The translations under genes were made by a program, and so were the position numbers. The notes under the pieces were generated by a model. The model saw only the letters and a program-made list of their open reading frames with translations, searched no databases and was not told where the DNA came from. Below, one piece after another: positions 28,794 to 36,985 of a DNA stretch of 36,985 nucleotides. The DNA is from Kiritimatiellia bacterium (GTDB taxonomy: Bacteria; Verrucomicrobiota; Kiritimatiellia; RFP12; UBA1067). Each line of letters begins with the position of its first letter. Within the stretch, counting starts at the first letter, position 1. Location of the stretch: positions 1 through 36,985 of the forward strand of contig DAOTMQ010000003.1 in assembly GCA_035450385.1 (NCBI GenBank), given 5' to 3'.

Positions 28794-30104
28794 CTATCCA
28801 AAAATCAGGCCCTGCTTCAATTCTTCCGCACCGTTGGCGATGGCCGGATCAATCTCGATCGGTATCGACTCCGGCACCGTCACGCCCGCTTCCGCGAGCC
28901 AACGCCGCCACTTCGCCTGCAACGCCATGCGGCACGTCGCCGGCGAATCATCACCGGTCGCGTTCTTGACCGGCGAGAACTCGTCATCCCGGTCGAACGC
29001 CAGACAGACCACCTTGCGCGCATCGGGCAACACGTCAAAAATGAACTTCTCAAACTTGTAGCCGTTCGGCTCCTTCGGCGTAACCGGACGCCCCGCATCA
29101 TTCACGCAGGGAATTTTCTTGTGCGCCAGATGCAGCGGCATGTCTTTGCGCGCCATGCGTTTCAGAAACGCCAGCGAGAAAACATGGATCGCCGGGCTGC
29201 CATACTTAAAACGCGCAGCCTGCTTCGGCGTCAACTCAGAATACTCGATCATGCCGATGCGTCCGTTGTCGAGCAGCGTGACCTGGCCCATCTTCTCCGT
29301 TGGCGAACTCTTGAGACAGAGCTTCAACGACAACTCGGCGCTCTGCAACATGTGAAGACCAATGAAAGCAGGATCGGCGATATCCACCAGCGGGTTGTCC
29401 ACCTGAAAATAGAAGACGCTGCGGATGCCCCGCGCGGTCATATCATCCAAACAGCCATTTTTAGCAAGCGCGGTCAACGTGCCGCCATGGCCGTCCGGAC
29501 TGACAAATATCCGTCCCGACGCTTCGAGCATCAAGCGTCCCTCGGCATCCAACGCGGGCCACACCCCCTGCTTGAAGAAAATCACGTCATCAGGATTCAG
29601 CCCGAAGTAGTCGTAATCCTCAAAACAAGCACGCGTCGCGGCATCGTTCACGTCGCTCGTCATGATGTAGAACGGCACGGGTTTGCCGTACAGGTGAATG
29701 AGCCTGACGATCTTGCGCGCGTGAAAGTGGAAGAGCGGCATGTCCGAGACCGGACCGATCCCGTACGCGCCCTTCGGCCCATCGTACCCCAACCGCGACC
29801 CCTGGCCACCCGCCACCAGCAGAACCGCCACACGCCCCCTACGCAACTGCTCCTCGCCGACAGCAAACGCTTCATCGTACTTGCGGCGGGTCCACTTCGT
29901 GACCGGTGCCGGACGCGGGGTCACGGCAGCCGCAGCACTTTTTCCGGTCAGCATACGCTGCATGCGGGCGACTTCACGGAAATCGATCTCGTCGATCTGC
30001 GCCAGCAATGCGTCGCGCTCTGCGACGTTGAGCTTATCCCAAAAACGCAACACATGCGTCTGGCCCGCCTTCACCAACACTTTCTTTGCTTGTTCAATCA
30101 TCAT
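28794..30104 (-). CDS. UDP-sugar / UDP-N-acetylglucosamine pyrophosphorylase (UDPGP, UAP1-like family)
   Basis: ORF 28794..30170 is trimmed to the ATGATG at 30104, which has AGGAAAGG upstream. Longer starts would run into prfB. LLVAGGQGSRLGYDGPKGAY is the UDPGP signature. FFKQG, VSPDGHGG and YFQVDNPL are also present. Confidence 0.8.
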   Translation of the reverse strand: MMIEQAKKVLVKAGQTHVLRFWDKLNVAERDALLAQIDEIDFREVARMQRMLTGKSAAAAVTPRPAPVTKWTRRKYDEAFAVGEEQLRRGRVAVLLVAGGQGSRLGYDGPKGAYGIGPVSDMPLFHFHARKIVRLIHLYGKPVPFYIMTSDVNDAATRACFEDYDYFGLNPDDVIFFKQGVWPALDAEGRLMLEASGRIFVSPDGHGGTLTALAKNGCLDDMTARGIRSVFYFQVDNPLVDIADPAFIGLHMLQSAELSLKLCLKSSPTEKMGQVTLLDNGRIGMIEYSELTPKQAARFKYGSPAIHVFSLAFLKRMARKDMPLHLAHKKIPCVNDAGRPVTPKEPNGYKFEKFIFDVLPDARKVVCLAFDRDDEFSPVKNATGDDSPATCRMALQAKWRRWLAEAGVTVPESIPIEIDPAIANGAEELKQGLIFG

Positions 30105-30132
30105 TTGCGCGCCACCTTTCCTCATGTCGTGA

Positions 30133-31254
30133 TTACGCCTTTTGGGCATTCTGTCTAAGATACGCCTCAATGAACGGCTGGATCTGCCCGTCCATCACCG
30201 CCTGCACGTTTGACGTCTGCTCATCCGTGCGGTGATCCTTCACCATCGTGTACGGCTGAAACACATAGGAGCGGATCTGGCTGCCCCAGGCGATCTCTCC
30301 CTTTTCGCCGTAAAAGCGCTCCATCTCCTTGCGCTTCTTGTCCTCGTAGTACTCGTACAGCTTGGCCTTCAACATGCTCATGGCCCTGGACTTGTTCTTG
30401 TGCTGCGAACGTTCCGATTGAACAGCCACAACAATGCCGGTCTCCAAGTGGGTCAACCGCACCGCCGAGTCGGTCTTGTTCACATGCTGGCCGCCCGCGC
30501 CGCCCGACCGGTAGGTGTCGATCCGCAGATCCTCGTCCCGGATCTCCACCTCGATCTCGTCCGACAGTTCGGCGACCACATCCAGCGACACGAAAGAGGT
30601 GTGACGCCGTTTGTTGGCGTCGAACGGGCTGATGCGTACCAGACGGTGCACGCCGCGCTCCGCTTTCAAATACCCGTAGGCATACGGCCCGGAGACCAAG
30701 AACGTGACCGACTTGATCCCCGCCTCATCCCCCGGCTGAAAGTCGAGCACCTCGACCTCGAAGCCGTTATCCTCGCAGTACATCCGGTACATCCGGAAGA
30801 GCATATCGGCCCAGTCGCAGGACTCCGTGCCGCCCGCGCCGGAATGGAGCGTGAGATAGGCGTTGCAGGCATCCAACTTGCCGCCGAGCAGCGACTGCAT
30901 CCGCAGCTTCGCCATCATCACGTCGGCCCGGTCAAGCGTCTGCTCCAAGTCAGCCAAGGCCTGCTGCCGCTGCTCGCCTTCATCTTCCGCCTCCGCCAGT
31001 TCGAGCATCACCCCGCCGTCCTCAATGAGGCGCGTCAGTTCATCAAAAGGCTTCACAAACGCGCGTTGGGCATTCGTCTTGCCGATAACCTCCTTGGCGG
31101 CGTTCTGGTCATCCCAAAAATCAGGCTGTGCCGCACGCGCTTCGAGTTCACCAAGAATTGTACGACGGTTGTCGATGTCCAGATAGCCGCGCATCTCCGC
31201 GAGCCCTTCGTGCATCGTCCCCAGACGTTCTTTTACAACATCAAATTCAATCAC
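30133..31254 (-). CDS. prfB: Peptide chain release factor 2, encoded in a single frame
   Basis: The SPF tripeptide is in RISPFDANKRRHTSF. The GGQ motif is in SGGAGGQHVNKTDSAVRLTH. The protein is 373 aa and uninterrupted. Confidence 0.9.
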   Translation of the reverse strand: MIEFDVVKERLGTMHEGLAEMRGYLDIDNRRTILGELEARAAQPDFWDDQNAAKEVIGKTNAQRAFVKPFDELTRLIEDGGVMLELAEAEDEGEQRQQALADLEQTLDRADVMMAKLRMQSLLGGKLDACNAYLTLHSGAGGTESCDWADMLFRMYRMYCEDNGFEVEVLDFQPGDEAGIKSVTFLVSGPYAYGYLKAERGVHRLVRISPFDANKRRHTSFVSLDVVAELSDEIEVEIRDEDLRIDTYRSGGAGGQHVNKTDSAVRLTHLETGIVVAVQSERSQHKNKSRAMSMLKAKLYEYYEDKKRKEMERFYGEKGEIAWGSQIRSYVFQPYTMVKDHRTDEQTSNVQAVMDGQIQPFIEAYLRQNAQKA

Positions 31255-31276
31255 AATAGTTTGCCTTGCTCAAAAA

Positions 31277-34200
31277 ATGAATGGAAAGACTATATCTTTT
31301 TTAGCGTATACCCGCAAGCATGCTTCCCTGAAACCGCGCAAACCAGACCCGAAACCAGATCAAATGCCTTCGCGTGAAAAGCCATTCATAGAGTCCAATT
31401 TTACACTTGCCGTTGCGATCCGCCGCACGGTCGTAACAATCGATCTCGGTCCCGACTTGGCGAACAACCGGAACATCGCCTATACTGTGTGCGTGTCTGG
31501 CAAAGGCTTACAACGTATCTGGCTTTCCGCGGCGCTTGTGGTGAAGATCGCCACGGCGACGCCCCCTGTTGTGATCTCCGAATTCATGGCCGATAACAAC
31601 GGCTTTTGTTATGACAGCTTCGGCAACGCCTCCGACTGGCTGGAACTGCAGAACACCACCGGACACCCGATCAACCTCGCTGGCTGGTCGCTCTCGGACA
31701 ATGCGGGCAATCCGGCCAAATGGGTGATTCCCGCCGTCACGCTGCCCCCTTGGGGTACGCTCCTGATCTGGGCCTCCAGCGCGAACCAGACCGATCCCGC
31801 AGGTGAGTTGCACACCAATTTTTCGCTCAGCAGAAGCGGCGAATTCCTGGGCCTCTTCAACGCCGACCGCATAGCGGTTCACACCTACAGCCCCAGCTTC
31901 CCGCCGCAGTACGAAAACATCGCGTACGGCGTGGCCATCTCACTGGCGGATGATACATGCCTACTCGTCTCCAACACCTCGCCGGTCCGCGCGCACTGTC
32001 CGGCCGATGATGCGCTCGGCACCATCTGGCGCACTCAGGCCTTCGACGACACGGAATGGCTGGCGGGACTCCTGCCGACCGGCTATGGCACGAAGAATCC
32101 CGCGTGGGTCTCTGAGGTCAACCTGAGCCTGCTGGAAATCGCGCAGGGCCAGCCCGGCGTCTACTTGCGCATTCCGTTCGAGCTGGCCGACGCCGCGTCC
32201 GTTCTTTCGCTTGCGCTCACCGTGACCTATGACGACGGTGCCGCATTTTACATGAACAGCGGATTCGCCACCGCCGTGAATTCACCGTCCCCCGCGACCT
32301 TGACATACGCCAGTTACGCCGCATCGATTCTGAACAATCCCGCCACCGCCACGGCGCTCAATCTCACCGCCTGCACCAATCTGCTGACCGGCGGCGTCAA
32401 CATGCTGGCCGTCCACCTCATGAACTGTAACGCGACCAGCAGCGACCTCTTTCTCAAGCCCTCGTTGGAGGCCGTCATCCGCACGATCTATGTCACCAAC
32501 GCGCCCTCCTACCTCATCCAGGCCACGCCCGGCGTCATGAACGGCGACGCCACGATCCTGCGTTTGCCGCAGACGGTCGCCTTCTCGCACCCTCCCGGCA
32601 TCACTGCCACGCCCTTCACCCTGACGCTGAGCGGCAGCGCACCGGGCCAAAGCATCCGCTACACGACCAACGGCGCGGTCCCCACGCTGGACAACAGCCT
32701 CCTCTACAGCGCGCCGCTCTCGGTCTCCTCTTCCCTGCACATTCGCGCCTGTGTGTTCGACGCGCTCGGGCGCAGCGGCAACCCATCGACCGCCATGTAC
32801 ACCTTCCATGCGTCCGACTCCGCCACGCTGGCCTTCGCCAGCGACCTGCCGATCCTCGTGCTGCGGGAGAACGATCCGCTCCGTGACGGTATCCCTACGA
32901 GCAAATCGTCAATCTACACCGCCTGTTCCGCTCACCTGATCGAGCCCGTCAACGGCAGTGCCGCGCTGACCGGTCCCGCCACGCTGACCCGCCGCGTCGG
33001 CATCCATGTGCGCGGGTCCTCATCCTCCGGCTTCCCCAAAAAACCTTACGCGCTCACCTTCTGGGGCGAGGAGGACGACGACCAGAAGGTCAGCATCAAC
33101 GGTTTTCCCGACGGCTCGGACTTCGCCTTGATCAGTTGCTGGAACTATGACCGCACCTACATGCACGATGCCTTCATGTTCGATCTCTCGCGCCAACTCG
33201 GCCGTTACGCCCCGCGCACGCGTTGGGTGGAGCTTTTCCTCATCAACAACGAAACCACCGACCTCTCGGCTGCCCGCTACCACGGGCTCTACGTTTTGGA
33301 AGAGCGTATCCGCATCGGTAACGGCCGCCTGCCGGTCGATGACATCGTGACGCCGGGCGACACGGCGCAGCCCGCGCTCTCCGGCAGCTATCTCTTCAAG
33401 GCGGACCGCGCCGATACCGACGAATTTTATTGGCGCACCGCACGCAATTTCCCCAACAGCACCGGACGCTACATGGTCCTTGATCGGCCCAAGCTCGATG
33501 TGGTCCAACCCGAGCAGAGCCTCTATCTCGTCAATGCCTTTAACGATTTTGAAAACACCGTGTACGGTGCCGACCCCATGCACCCTGAGACTGGTGTCGG
33601 CCGTTACATTGACCTGCTATCGTGGACCGATTTCCACATCATGAAAACCTACTCGATGGATGTGGACATCTTCACGCTCAGCTCTTTCTTCCACAAAGAT
33701 CGCGGCAGCAAGATCATGGCCGGGCCGATCTGGGACTTCGACCGTTCGTTGGGGCCATACGGGTACACCGACAGGCCCAACTCCAAGCGCTGGGACGTAT
33801 GGACCTTCGCCTCCTCGGACCCCTTCACCCGCAGCGATTTCTGGGGCCGCCTGCACGCCCAGCCCGCCTTCCAGCGTCTCTACTGGGACCGCTGGTTCGC
33901 ACTGCGCCAAGGCCCCTTCTCCAATACCAATCTGGCGGCCACCGTCGCCCGGCTGCACGCGCAGCTTCCTGAAGCGGCGGCCACACGTGATTACGTGAAG
34001 TGGAACCAGTGGCCCACCAATGACGTTTTCGGCCGCACCCACTCCGGCGAGGTCGCGTGGATGACTTGGTTCGCCACCAACCACGCGACGTGGATCGACC
34101 AAAACTTCACGCAGAAGTGCTCCCTGTTGCACGCGCCGCCGCTGCTCAATCCGGCGAGTTGCATCCTGTCGCCTGGTGAACCGCTGACCGTGACGCTGAC

Positions 34201-35341
34201 CGCGCCCGAAGGCGACCTCATCTACTACACGCTGGACGGCAGCGACCCCGCGCTCTGGAACAATCTTCCGGCCCCGCAGGCGCGCGTCTGCCGCCCCGGT
34301 ATGTCGGTGCAACTCACCGCCTCCGCCGAACTTTTTGCCCGCGCCTACAGCAGCACGCGCCAAATCTGGAGCCTCGCCGCACGGGCGGAATATCTGCTGG
34401 GCGGCCGCCGTGCCCGCCCCGGCGATATCCTGATCAGCGAGATCCACTATCATCCGCACGTCAACGCAACCGCCCCGCAATCGGAATGGATCGCCCGGTG
34501 TTACGAGTTCGTCGAACTGGTCAACCTCGCCGACTGCGACATCAGCCTCGCGGGGTGCCGCTTCCCGCAAGGCCAGCCCGCGCACGAGCTTGTCTTGGAC
34601 GGCCCCATCCTCAAGCCCGGCGGACATGCGGTCATTGCCCGTCACGAAGAGGCTTTCCGGCACCGTTACGGCAACGCGGTCACGCCTGCCGCCTACTGGA
34701 TCTACGGCGGACTCTCCGACAGCGGCGAAACGGTCACGTTGCTTAACGCGCGAGGGCGCACGCTGGATACGGTCACGTACGGCACGCGCGGCGATTGGCC
34801 CCGTTCCGCAGATGGCGGCGGCGACTCACTCAACCGCGCGGACTTTGTACCGTTCGCGCCCAGCCGCTGGCAGGCGGGCGTGCCGACGCCGGGGCGCGGC
34901 GGATACTCAGAATGGCTCGGATTGCGCGGCCTCACCTCGCTCGAAGGTGACGCCGATGGCGACGGCGTGCCAAATCTGGTTGAGTACTATACCGGCGCCG
35001 ACCCGCTGGACCCCACCGACGAAGGACGCTCCGCCATACAAGGGTTCGCGGTAGACGGTTCGGGCGTGAGCGTCTCCTACTATCAGGCATACGACCGACC
35101 CGACGCCTGGGCCTCGCTCCAAGAGTCTGAGGATCTGCTTGAGTGGTACAACACCGACGGCCGCTACCTGCGCTGCGAGGATACCGGCGACGGCTACTTA
35201 TGGACGCTGGAGATCCCGCACGAAGAGCAGGCCACCTACCCACGCCGATTCTTCAGACTGACGGTCTGGCCTGCTACGGCTTCACAAAGCGGCGGCACGT
35301 TACCTTCGCCTCTTTCAGCAACCGCTCGGTCTGCTCCGTAA
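31277..35341 (+). CDS. CotH kinase-family protein with two lamin-tail domains, chitobiase-C-like Ig domains and a TSP3-like C-terminus
   Basis: LTD 1 is VVISEFMADNNG...SDWLELQNTTGHPINLAGWSLSD. The CotH core is GIHVRGSSSSGFPKKPYALTFW...RTYMHDAFMFDLSRQLG...YHGLYVLEERI. The blocks IRYTTNGAVPT and IYYTLDGSDP are CHB_HEX_C-like. LTD 2 is ILISEIHYHP...YEFVELVNL. DADGDGVPNLVEYYTGADPLDPTD is also present. The tail ends in ...RRFFRLTV. The true start may be the GTG at 31487 or 31493. Confidence 0.8.
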   Translation: MNGKTISFLAYTRKHASLKPRKPDPKPDQMPSREKPFIESNFTLAVAIRRTVVTIDLGPDLANNRNIAYTVCVSGKGLQRIWLSAALVVKIATATPPVVISEFMADNNGFCYDSFGNASDWLELQNTTGHPINLAGWSLSDNAGNPAKWVIPAVTLPPWGTLLIWASSANQTDPAGELHTNFSLSRSGEFLGLFNADRIAVHTYSPSFPPQYENIAYGVAISLADDTCLLVSNTSPVRAHCPADDALGTIWRTQAFDDTEWLAGLLPTGYGTKNPAWVSEVNLSLLEIAQGQPGVYLRIPFELADAASVLSLALTVTYDDGAAFYMNSGFATAVNSPSPATLTYASYAASILNNPATATALNLTACTNLLTGGVNMLAVHLMNCNATSSDLFLKPSLEAVIRTIYVTNAPSYLIQATPGVMNGDATILRLPQTVAFSHPPGITATPFTLTLSGSAPGQSIRYTTNGAVPTLDNSLLYSAPLSVSSSLHIRACVFDALGRSGNPSTAMYTFHASDSATLAFASDLPILVLRENDPLRDGIPTSKSSIYTACSAHLIEPVNGSAALTGPATLTRRVGIHVRGSSSSGFPKKPYALTFWGEEDDDQKVSINGFPDGSDFALISCWNYDRTYMHDAFMFDLSRQLGRYAPRTRWVELFLINNETTDLSAARYHGLYVLEERIRIGNGRLPVDDIVTPGDTAQPALSGSYLFKADRADTDEFYWRTARNFPNSTGRYMVLDRPKLDVVQPEQSLYLVNAFNDFENTVYGADPMHPETGVGRYIDLLSWTDFHIMKTYSMDVDIFTLSSFFHKDRGSKIMAGPIWDFDRSLGPYGYTDRPNSKRWDVWTFASSDPFTRSDFWGRLHAQPAFQRLYWDRWFALRQGPFSNTNLAATVARLHAQLPEAAATRDYVKWNQWPTNDVFGRTHSGEVAWMTWFATNHATWIDQNFTQKCSLLHAPPLLNPASCILSPGEPLTVTLTAPEGDLIYYTLDGSDPALWNNLPAPQARVCRPGMSVQLTASAELFARAYSSTRQIWSLAARAEYLLGGRRARPGDILISEIHYHPHVNATAPQSEWIARCYEFVELVNLADCDISLAGCRFPQGQPAHELVLDGPILKPGGHAVIARHEEAFRHRYGNAVTPAAYWIYGGLSDSGETVTLLNARGRTLDTVTYGTRGDWPRSADGGGDSLNRADFVPFAPSRWQAGVPTPGRGGYSEWLGLRGLTSLEGDADGDGVPNLVEYYTGADPLDPTDEGRSAIQGFAVDGSGVSVSYYQAYDRPDAWASLQESEDLLEWYNTDGRYLRCEDTGDGYLWTLEIPHEEQATYPRRFFRLTVWPATASQSGGTLPSPLSATARSAP
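31457..31486 (+). promoter_or_regulatory. Candidate promoter inside the annotated 5' end of the CotH ORF
   Basis: The pattern is TTGGCG (31457-62), 18 nt, TATACT (31481-86). In-frame GTG codons follow directly at 31487 and 31493. These would give an N-terminus with a signal-like segment, GKGLQRIWLSAALVVKIATA. Confidence 0.3.
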
Positions 35342-35750
35342 AGGCATAGTCGCCGCCGTAGACCACCTCGCGGATGCCCGCGTTGATGATCATCTTGGCA
35401 CACGTCAGACAGGGGCTGATCGTCACATAGATCGTCGCGCCCGCCAAGGCGATGCCGTGATACGCCGCCTGACAGATGGCATTCTGTTCCGCATGGACGC
35501 AGATGCACTCTTCGAGGCTGCTGCCCGACGGCGCACTACCTGCACAACGCGGGCAACCGCCTTCGAAACAGTTCTTAACCCCACGCGGCGTGCCGTTGTA
35601 TCCCGTCGAAATGATACGGTTCTCGGACACGACAATCGCCGCGACCTTGCGCCGCGAGCAGTTGGCGCGCGTCGCAGCCACTTCAGCAATCGCCATGAAA
35701 TAGGTATCCCAATCCGGACGGGGATCAACACGTTTTTTTTGAGCAGCCAT
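35274..35750 (-). CDS. dCMP deaminase (CMP/dCMP deaminase zinc-binding family)
   Basis: ORF 35274..35861 is trimmed to the ATG at 35750, which has AAGGGAAG upstream. RPDWDTYFMAIA is a typical N-terminus. HAEQNAI and PCLTCAKMI are the zinc ligand motifs. Confidence 0.85.
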   Translation of the reverse strand: MAAQKKRVDPRPDWDTYFMAIAEVAATRANCSRRKVAAIVVSENRIISTGYNGTPRGVKNCFEGGCPRCAGSAPSGSSLEECICVHAEQNAICQAAYHGIALAGATIYVTISPCLTCAKMIINAGIREVVYGGDYAFTEQTERLLKEAKVTCRRFVKP

Positions 35751-35778
35751 AGCGGTCTTCCCTTTCATCAGTCCCGGT

Positions 35779-35787
35779 ACTATACCA
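35779..35787 (-). promoter_or_regulatory. Extended -10 promoter element for the dCMP deaminase gene
   Basis: The minus strand reads TGgTATAGT. It lies about 29 nt upstream of the ATG at 35750. There is no good -35 element; heptamer repeats lie upstream instead. Confidence 0.4.
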
Positions 35788-35793
35788 CATCGT

Positions 35794-35835
35794 TTGAACG
35801 TTGAGCGTTGAAAGTTGAACGTTGAGCGTTGAACG
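35794..35835. repeat. Six tandem heptamers TTGA(A/G)(A/C)G, equivalent to two 21-nt units with 20/21 identity
   Basis: The sequence is TTGAACG TTGAGCG TTGAAAG TTGAACG TTGAGCG TTGAACG. It lies immediately upstream of the deaminase -10 element. Confidence 0.85.
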
Positions 35836-35859
35836 TCGCCTATACGCATCACAAAGTTC

Positions 35860-35887
35860 AATAAAAACAGTACGTGGCAGACGTGAC
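35860..35887 (-). terminator. Weak intrinsic terminator after the small LamG-like gene
   Basis: The minus strand reads GUCACGU-cugcc-ACGUAC, an imperfect stem of about 6 bp, followed by UGUUUUUAUU. It starts directly after the TAA stop. Confidence 0.3.
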
Positions 35888-36640
35888 TTATCGCATGAAC
35901 AACTGCGTTGAGAAAAGGGCGTGCGTATACAGGCCGAGCGACATGGCCTGCAGAACGGCCTCGGGTCCGGGCGGCGGGAAGTATCCCGCGACGCCGTGGC
36001 GGCGGGCGAGATAGCTTCGGACAGTCCGGCGGACAGCCTCGTCGGGCGACGTGTCAAACGCGACAACCTCCGATATATGGCCGCACCATGACTGCCGCCA
36101 TGCAGCGCATGCCGAGACCCCGCCTATCCGAAGGTCGCAACCGGGCACGGCCTGCGCGAAATCAACCTCCACGATATGCCGCCCGTCGGGAAACGTCCAC
36201 ACCGGTTGGCCGTTGACGCGTACGGAAAGCCCTTCGGCATCCTCGGGGTCGTAGGTCAGCGGCAAAGCACGGGCAGCCACTGTCACAGCCGCCCCGGGGG
36301 CCTCGACAAGTGCGGCAAAGTGATTGGATGATTCTGCCGGACACGCTACGATGAAGAGCGTCGAAACCGAAATGGCGCTGGAGCAGAACGGCGAAGCCGG
36401 AGCTCCCGGCGTATCGAACGTGATCCCTTCCGTTTCCAACGCGGGCAATCCCCAAGACGTCGCCCCCGCGATGGCCGGACCCCATGCCGCCCCTTCGCGC
36501 AAGGATATCCACGACAGCACATAACCGTCCGCGTTCACGAGCACCCTGTCCGCGACAGCCTCGCATTGCGACACCACAGCGGCAGACGCATAAAAAGCGC
36601 CTAAAAAGCACAGCAAAACACCCATCAGCATCGTCATCAT
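35888..36640 (-). CDS. Small exported LamG-like protein (250 aa)
   Basis: The signal peptide is MMTMLMGVLLCFLGAFYASAA. GHISEVVAFDTSPDEAVRRTVRSYLARRHG mirrors the LamG-terminal block of the giant protein 11501..15967. The C-terminal tail ...LFSTQLFMR resembles ...HFGTFFMLR of that protein. Confidence 0.7.
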   Translation of the reverse strand: MMTMLMGVLLCFLGAFYASAAVVSQCEAVADRVLVNADGYVLSWISLREGAAWGPAIAGATSWGLPALETEGITFDTPGAPASPFCSSAISVSTLFIVACPAESSNHFAALVEAPGAAVTVAARALPLTYDPEDAEGLSVRVNGQPVWTFPDGRHIVEVDFAQAVPGCDLRIGGVSACAAWRQSWCGHISEVVAFDTSPDEAVRRTVRSYLARRHGVAGYFPPPGPEAVLQAMSLGLYTHALFSTQLFMR

Positions 36641-36680
36641 TTTTCATCCTTTCTCTTTTTGGGATTTGCGGCAGACGCAT

Positions 36681-36985
36681 TCACTCCCACTTCGGGTCGA
36701 CGATGTCGCCGATGACCCGCAGACAATCGGGGTCGGTCTCGAGAACCTTGACGCGGTTGAGGAAGTGCGAATACCGCAGCGACTCGCGGGACGGGCGGTC
36801 GATGGAACGGTCTATCCAGCTATGTGTTTTCAATTTTTTCGATCCGGATCTGGCATACCACGCCTTCCTCTCTTCAAGGGGGAAACTCTTGACCACGGTC
36901 TCTGCGAGAACCGTCATCGGCACGGGCGAAGCCATGACGTAGGCGCGGAACGTGGCCTCGCGGTAATGGTTGGTCGGCGCGAGCA
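36681..36985 (-). CDS. Hypothetical protein. The frame is open to the right edge, so this is either a C-terminal fragment or an 84-aa ORF starting at 36935.
   Basis: The frame has no stop between 36985 and 36681 (...LAPTNHYREATFRAYVMASPVPMTVLAETVVKSFPLEERKAWY...DPKWE). It lies 40 nt upstream of the next minus-strand gene. I recognise no family. Confidence 0.5.
   Translation of the reverse strand, partial: LAPTNHYREATFRAYVMASPVPMTVLAETVVKSFPLEERKAWYARSGSKKLKTHSWIDRSIDRPSRESLRYSHFLNRVKVLETDPDCLRVIGDIVDPKWE

Noticed and set aside
30133-31254. A split prfB with an upstream short ORF, which would indicate a programmed frameshift
   Set aside because: I looked for an in-frame TGA near codon 26 and a preceding SD-like element. 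The gene is continuous, so no frameshift feature is annotated.

Overview
This is about 37 kb of high-GC bacterial chromosome. The gene content and intergenic repeat style suggest a PVC-group organism (Kiritimatiellota, Verrucomicrobiota or Lentisphaerota-like), but that is inference only.

Layout:
1. 1-5.4 kb is a minus-strand accessory block. It holds a type I R-M methylase gene (hsdM, open to the left edge), a small membrane ORF, an MtlD-like dehydrogenase and an AbiEi-like/nucleotidyltransferase pair with a nested-palindrome operator. It ends at a tRNA(CAT) that has its own promoter and terminator.
2. 5.4-18.2 kb is a cell-surface/glycan block. It holds two small convergent ORFs, one of them a Cys-rich exported protein. 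A minus-strand string follows: a giant LamG/PATR/DUF2341 protein, a beta-helix plus propeller glycoside-hydrolase-like protein, then a squalene-hopene-cyclase-family gene. A 460-aa orphan exported protein sits behind a long structured leader.
3. 18.5-24.2 kb is a TolC-like/MFP/RND efflux operon.
4. 24.2-31.3 kb is housekeeping: gmk, stand-alone coaC, a cell-wall amidase, gpmI, a UDP-sugar pyrophosphorylase and prfB.
5. 31.3-37 kb holds a 1354-aa CotH/lamin-tail-domain protein, a dCMP deaminase, a small LamG-like exported protein and a partial ORF.

I found no rRNA, CRISPR array, integrase or transposase.

The most unusual signal is non-coding. Two unrelated repeat modules, L and R, occur three times each. 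They always lie on the same strand and in the same L-then-R order (5420-6915, 16139-16580, 26626-27210). At one locus they are contiguous. At another they are separated by about 1.19 kb that carries two small genes. R contains an invariant 34-mer and, in two copies, a convergent array of 9-mers.

Other items worth follow-up:
- the tightly packed AbiEi/NTase/MtlD/small-ORF cluster;
- a possible cobalamin-riboswitch-like leader at 16655-16861;
- a shared C-terminal tail on two LamG proteins;
- a tRNA(CAT) with a non-canonical T-loop.

All family assignments rest on motif recognition by eye. No searches were run.
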